A stretch of DNA of 64,000 bases from Somniosus microcephalus (Eukaryota), in contig CM126207.1 in NCBI GenBank assembly GCA_052327205.1, positions 46,376,001-46,440,000 on the forward strand, read 5' to 3'. The notes under the pieces are model-generated. The model saw nothing but the letters and a program-made list of their open reading frames with translations. It searched no databases and was not told the origin of the DNA. This document shows positions 61,871 to 64,000 of the stretch, one piece after another (position 1 is the stretch's first letter; each line of letters starts with the position of its first letter). The translations under genes and the position numbers were made by a program.

Positions 61871-64000
61871 CTAAATGGGGTAGAGGAGCAAAGAGATCTG
61901 AGAGTACAGATACATAAATCACTAAAAGTAGCAACACAAGTTGATAAGGCCGTAAGGAGTGCACACAAAGTACTGAGGTTCCTTTCTAGAGGAATGGAAT
62001 ACAAAAGCAGGGAGGTATTGTTAAATTTATATAGAACCTTGGTTAGACCACACTTGGAGTACTGTGTGCAGTTTTGGTCTCCACTACAAAAAGGATATTG
62101 AAGCAGTGGAGAAAGTGCAGAAAAGATCTACAAAGATGTTACCAGAATTGAGATGATGCAACTATCAGGAAAGACTGAGCGGTCTGGGGCTCTTTTCTCT
62201 GGAAGGGAGAAGACTAAGAGGAGACCTGATAGAGGTCTTTATAATTATGAAGGCGTTTGATAGGGTGGATATGAGAAACTGTTTCCACTTGTTGGCGAAT
62301 CCAGAACAAGGATGAATACATATAAGATAGCCACTAACATGAAATAAAGAATTTGGGAGGAATTTCTTTACACAGAGAGTAGTGAGAATGTGGGACTTGC
62401 TTCCATTTGGAATGGTTGTAGCAGATAGCATTGTTACATTTAAGGGGAGGCTTGATTAATACATGGGGGAGAAGTAAATAGAGGGAGATGGAGGCAGAGT
62501 CTGAAGAGGTAATTAGAGTGGGAGGAGGTTCATGTTCAGTATAAACACTGGCATAGACCAGTTGGGCTGAATGGCCTGTTTCTGTGATGTAGATCCTATG
62601 TAATTCTCCGCTGTCAATTTCAAATGTTGAATATCATTAAATAGAATGACAGAAATGTTCAGAAGAAATCTTTATTTGTTTTTTTATTCCTAATTTTATC
62701 TTAAATTCAGGATTTAAGCAAATTCTCCTTCCAATATATGTTACACCAAATGCTGACAAATTGAATGTATATGACCAAAATTGGTCTACTTGTGACAATA
62801 CAGCTTAGGACAGGCTGCACATTCATCCTTGTCATTTTAAAATATTTCTTGTTGCATGCACACAGCCAGATCTGGTTAAAATCTGTCTTGTGTCAGTATA
62901 AATTTAACTGCCTGGCTGACATAAAAACCATCTGTTACGGGTTAGTCAGAAAATTACATTCATAAACGAGAGTGTTGCTTTTTCAGAATTACACAAAATA
63001 TTGCAATAAACATTTTGTCACAAATTATTTTATTTAGTCCTTTAAGCTGTAATAAAATATATTTTAAAAAAACTTTCCTGGAGTGTTCCCTTAATTCTGG
63101 TTGGCCACTTGTTGATGAAAAGTTGAATAAGAACCACAGCGAGCGACACAGGACATAATTGTGTATAAAATAGAGGCCTTGACTTACTTCCATTTGCAGG
63201 ATGGAGAAATGCACTGATTGTACGTTTGGCTGTAAGTGAAGCGACCTTGTCTGCCCTTCTCTTCCTGCATTTCCTTTTGTGAAAGATTTCTTTCTGTATC
63301 CATTTTTATTGTGGGGAGAAAATGTCCTCGGCATTTGCACTGTGCTGTACAAGGACACATCCTCCCGAATGTCTCTGGAAATTTCAGCACACCAAGACAA
63401 AAATCCACCAGGAATGGGTGTTAAGGAGCTCATGACTGTTAATTCAGCAAATGCAAACCGTACTTTGTGCTCCCGATTGCAACATGCAAAACACTATTCA
63501 AGGTACAGTTTATCAGTGCCAACAACAGTACCTCCCCAAAAAATAGAGTTCAGTCTATTTGTTTGTCAGCAACTAGTCATTAAATATAATTCTCCAGCTG
63601 AACAGCTGATTTTAACTGGAATGAGTGTAAAAAATCTTGGTAGAATATTATAGCTAAAATATTATAATGGTTTCTGTCGAGAAATATGAAAGGTTCCTGA
63701 AAAACACATTTCATGTAACTGAAAGCAAACGTATTTTGTATAATTATTTACATAATTGTTCCAATAATGTAAATATCCTCAGCCCACTTATTCTTAATCA
63801 GCAGCAATGCTGTCTCGTACATTAGAACCAGCTGGGACCCAAAGCAGATTTTTTTCTCAGTTTTGTCCCTTGAAAACAACTTCTCCATCAACAGCCGTCT
63901 GGTATTATACAGCCATTTTTCATATGTGACCCTTTGAGCGTTGGTAGGGTATTTATCGTGGGGTGCTTCAGCTATAATGCCAGTTCTATCCTCCTTTCAT

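Larger units (their letters stand above)
47370..62607 (+). mobile_element. Old host CR1 LINE in six pieces (47370-47650, 49908-50425, 50873-50897, 54573-54617, 59576-59735, 61877-62607)
   Basis: The pieces read in ORF2 order: GPLRD..EMARILNRYFSSV, KAPGPDG..LKE..AEALVYI | KNS...PEDW..GNYKPVS..LFTIFLND | VDTEIG | VSNCADDTK | EDINRLAELADKW..KCEVVHF | GVEEQRDL..LVRPHLEYCVQFWSP, then the CR1 3' tail. Many stops are present. Confidence 0.8.

Noticed and set aside
1-64000. CRISPR arrays, rRNA genes or prokaryote-type systems
   Set aside because: No regularly spaced repeats, rRNA motifs or operons were seen, and the sequence is vertebrate.

Overview
Vertebrate genomic DNA, almost certainly from an elasmobranch (shark or ray), judged from HE1-type V-SINE, HER1/CR1 LINE, Deu-domain SINE and Penelope-derived repeats. 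The window holds the Sox2 locus. There is one intronless sox2 CDS (13634-14566, +) with its promoter and 3' UTR. Segments match the N2/SRR1, SRR2 and N1 enhancers as I recall them. Two splice-site-bounded segments (4829-5094 and 37328-37501) look like exons of the overlapping lncRNA Sox2ot, which would put sox2 inside a ~32 kb intron. Bases ~1.3-37.9 kb are nearly transposon-free and keep CpGs even in AT-rich sequence, suggesting a long-lived hypomethylated domain. The rest is CpG-poor and repeat-dense. It includes one old ~1.8 kb CR1 copy expanded to ~15 kb by nested insertions, among them a full-length Gypsy element with an open 1317-aa ORF but a YLDE RT motif. I found no new gene system. 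The best leads are regulatory: an SRR2 whose SOX half-site is broken, other SOX-POU composites, the Sox2ot splice architecture and the CpG domain. Homology calls come from remembered sequences, not from searches.
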